The translations under genes and the position numbers were made by a program. The notes under the pieces were generated by a model. That model was not told the origin of the DNA. It did no database searches and saw only the letters and a program-made list of their open reading frames with translations. Of a stretch of 37,218 nucleotides of DNA, positions 35,063-37,218 are shown one piece after another (the stretch's first letter is position 1; every line of letters begins with the position of its first letter). The DNA is from an uncultured Candidatus Saccharibacteria bacterium. Lineage in GTDB: Bacteria; Patescibacteriota; UBA1384; XYA2-FULL-43-10. The DNA lies in contig CAYRRY010000004.1 in NCBI GenBank assembly GCA_964426805.1, forward strand, positions 1 through 37,218, read 5' to 3'.

Positions 35063-35798
35063 TTGTAGTTTGTTTTACTATCTTGCCATCTTTCATCTCT
35101 AACTTGGAAGTACCGACGCTCCAGTAAGCTTGGTTGTGAGTTACGATAATTATTGTTCTCTTGAAAGCTTTGTTTAAGTTATGTAAAACCGCCATTATCT
35201 CGTCCGCAGAGGTACTATCAAGGTTTCCTGTTGGTTCGTCTGCCATTACTATCCACGGATTCGAAACTAAAGCTCGGGCAATAGCCACTTTTTGCTGTTG
35301 ACCGCTAGAAAGCTGAGTTGGAACTTGATCTGCGAATTGCTGAATCTCAAGCTCTTTTAGCATATTTTTTGCGCGTTTATAAGCAGTTTTGTAATCAATT
35401 CCATTGATAATCAGGGGAAGAGCGACATTTTCAAAAACTTTTAGAGACTTTATCCAGCTTGGACTCTGGTGGATTATGCCCATCTTCTGAGCCCTAAACT
35501 TGGCTCTCTTGTCTTCGTCCATCTTTCCAATATTTTTCCCTCGAACAATAATATCGCCTTTGGTAGGAGTGTCAACGCCGGACATAATATTTAGAAGAGT
35601 TGACTTCCCGCAACCGGATGGACCATAAACAACCAAGAAATCAGTAGCGCAAACTTTGGCATTTACTCCCTTCAAAGCTTGGATATCGTTTATACCAACT
35701 TTAAAATGCTTCTCGATATTTACAACATCAATAATACACTCATGATGAGCGACTTTTTTATCTTTTTCGTCAATTTCTAGCTCTTTTTTAGCTACCAA
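35055..35798 (-). CDS. ABC transporter ATP-binding protein (LolD/MacB-like)
   Basis: GPSGCGKST, LSSGQQQK, ADEPTGNLD and VTHN motifs. Start placed at TTG 35798 behind GGAGGG (uncertain). Confidence 0.9.
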   Translation of the reverse strand: MVAKKELEIDEKDKKVAHHECIIDVVNIEKHFKVGINDIQALKGVNAKVCATDFLVVYGPSGCGKSTLLNIMSGVDTPTKGDIIVRGKNIGKMDEDKRAKFRAQKMGIIHQSPSWIKSLKVFENVALPLIINGIDYKTAYKRAKNMLKELEIQQFADQVPTQLSSGQQQKVAIARALVSNPWIVMADEPTGNLDSTSADEIMAVLHNLNKAFKRTIIIVTHNQAYWSVGTSKLEMKDGKIVKQTTNG

Positions 35799-35933
35799 AA
35801 CCCCTCCATTAATCAATATATAGTAATTATACCATAATAATATACTAGGCAAAACATTTTTCAACTGTTTTTCTATTATGTCTATTTACTGTTTACCAGA
35901 CTGAGTAAAATGAACCTTTTTATATTTCTGCTT

Positions 35934-35957
35934 AACGCCTCATACGAGTGAGGCGTT
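35934..35957. repeat. REP-like palindrome, copy 3
   Basis: AACGCCTCATACGAGTGAGGCGTT, identical to 20071-20094 and 30727-30750. Confidence 0.85.
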
Positions 35958-36027
35958 CAGGGTATTTGATTGTTTTGTGTGTATGCTTATCCTAAGCTTG
36001 ACCCGCCCTGAGCTCTATCGAAGGGTA

Positions 36028-37218
36028 TTAGAACCACGTTCCAAGCCATCCAAAGGCATTAGAGAGGGCTTTCAAGATAAGAGAGAGGGTTGATTTCTTA
36101 ACTTCTCCAGGGATAACAGTGTTATCTATAGAGTATGAAGTATTATCTCCTTTATCGCTACTGGCAACGTGCAAGTGATATGGGGTACTCTCTTTGAGAC
36201 CTGAGATGATAACTAAGTGAGAAGTAGTAAGAGTAGGATCAATGTTAGTTTTAAAGTTGTACTCTGTACCAGATATGCCTTCGCCATACTCGACAAATGA
36301 AGTAGCCGGTTCATCTGTTTTCCATGATACGACTATCTGTGCTTCATCTTGGTTGCCAAGTCCTACGTTACTTGTCTCTATGGTGATCTCTGAGATAGTT
36401 GGGGGCCTAGAGTCTAGAGGGGTAGTAAAAGTATTAACATCAGAAGTGGCGATATTGCCAAAATCATCTATACCAGAAACATATATCTGGTAAGTGGAGC
36501 TATCTAGAAGATTATTAATTAGCATCTCGTGTTCGATAGCCTTTTCAGCAATGGACTCTTGTTGATATGAACCCTCGCCTTGTGTTTTATAATAAATAGT
36601 AGAAGTGGCAGATACATTTGTTTCCCAATTAACTTTGAGGCCATTGGCGCTTTGATTGTCAATGGTTTCAAAACGAAGAGAGGATATTTTGGGCAAAGGA
36701 GGAGTTTGGAAAGAGTATGAATCAGAATAAAAAATATAATCATCTGTAGTCGTAGCTTTAATTCTAACTGAATAGGCATAGCCCGCCTCGAGTCCACTAA
36801 TTTTTCGGTTAAATGTTTTGCCGCTTCCAGATACATTCAAAGCATTTGAAGCAGTTTCGGGGCCATAATAAAGAACCGTTTCACAATCTTCCGATGTCTC
36901 CCAATTAACCAACATCTCTGTAGGACTCAAGGTCTCTATTGTTACGTTGGTAAAGGCTGGCGGGGTTTCAGTCGAAGTTTCATACCAGGCGGATTCGCCC
37001 AAATTGCTACTTTCGTCTGACCATACTAGTTTATAGCGATAACTTTTAGCCGGTTCAAGGCCAACTACTTGCACGTCGTGGGAAATTCCAAACGATGTAT
37101 GGCCCTGCTCTGAAATATATGAGTTTCCTTCATATACTTTAACGTATCCAGTAGTTGATTTCGAAGATATCCAAGTTACATTTATAGAGGAAGGCCCTGT
37201 TGTAACTTCTGGCCCATC
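36028..37218 (-). CDS. Multi-FN3 surface protein, 5'-truncated by the window edge
   Basis: Repeated VxWxT...S.V.YG...H...I.GL...T.Y FN3-like units. The frame stays open from 37074 to 37218 (DGPEVTTGPSSINVTW...). Confidence 0.85.
   Translation of the reverse strand, partial: DGPEVTTGPSSINVTWISSKSTTGYVKVYEGNSYISEQGHTSFGISHDVQVVGLEPAKSYRYKLVWSDESSNLGESAWYETSTETPPAFTNVTIETLSPTEMLVNWETSEDCETVLYYGPETASNALNVSGSGKTFNRKISGLEAGYAYSVRIKATTTDDYIFYSDSYSFQTPPLPKISSLRFETIDNQSANGLKVNWETNVSATSTIYYKTQGEGSYQQESIAEKAIEHEMLINNLLDSSTYQIYVSGIDDFGNIATSDVNTFTTPLDSRPPTISEITIETSNVGLGNQDEAQIVVSWKTDEPATSFVEYGEGISGTEYNFKTNIDPTLTTSHLVIISGLKESTPYHLHVASSDKGDNTSYSIDNTVIPGEVKKSTLSLILKALSNAFGWLGTWF

Overview
AT-rich bacterial chromosomal segment using genetic code 11 (TGA acts as stop). 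The gene content suggests a Patescibacteria/CPR genome (inference): membrane-anchored ClpA/B-like ATPase, CAP, L,D-transpeptidase and FN3/Ig surface proteins, class III RNR, PEP synthase and many ORFans. Housekeeping genes are nrdD-nrdG (tandem NrdR boxes), dnaG-rpoD, rsgA, ppsA, recX, a ROK kinase, a ferredoxin, a ZIP transporter, a CsoR-like regulator and two MacB/LolCDE-type ABC pairs. Three tRNA genes are present: CAT (Ile2-like), Asn-GTT and Ser-GGA. The most striking signal is two small standalone GIY-YIG nuclease genes whose frames both end inside the 5' end of a tRNA gene. At tRNA-Asn the nuclease lies between a duplicated 5' tRNA fragment (itself split by a 51-nt palindrome) and the intact tRNA, like a ~314-bp tRNA-targeting mini-element with no integrase. 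At tRNA-Ser the 3' 21 nt are duplicated 140 bp downstream around a structured spacer. The window also holds a dispersed REP-like palindrome (three identical 24-mers plus a covarying variant) and three small genes missed by the ORF track. No CRISPR array, integrase or transposase was seen. All calls are by eye; no searches or folding programs were run.
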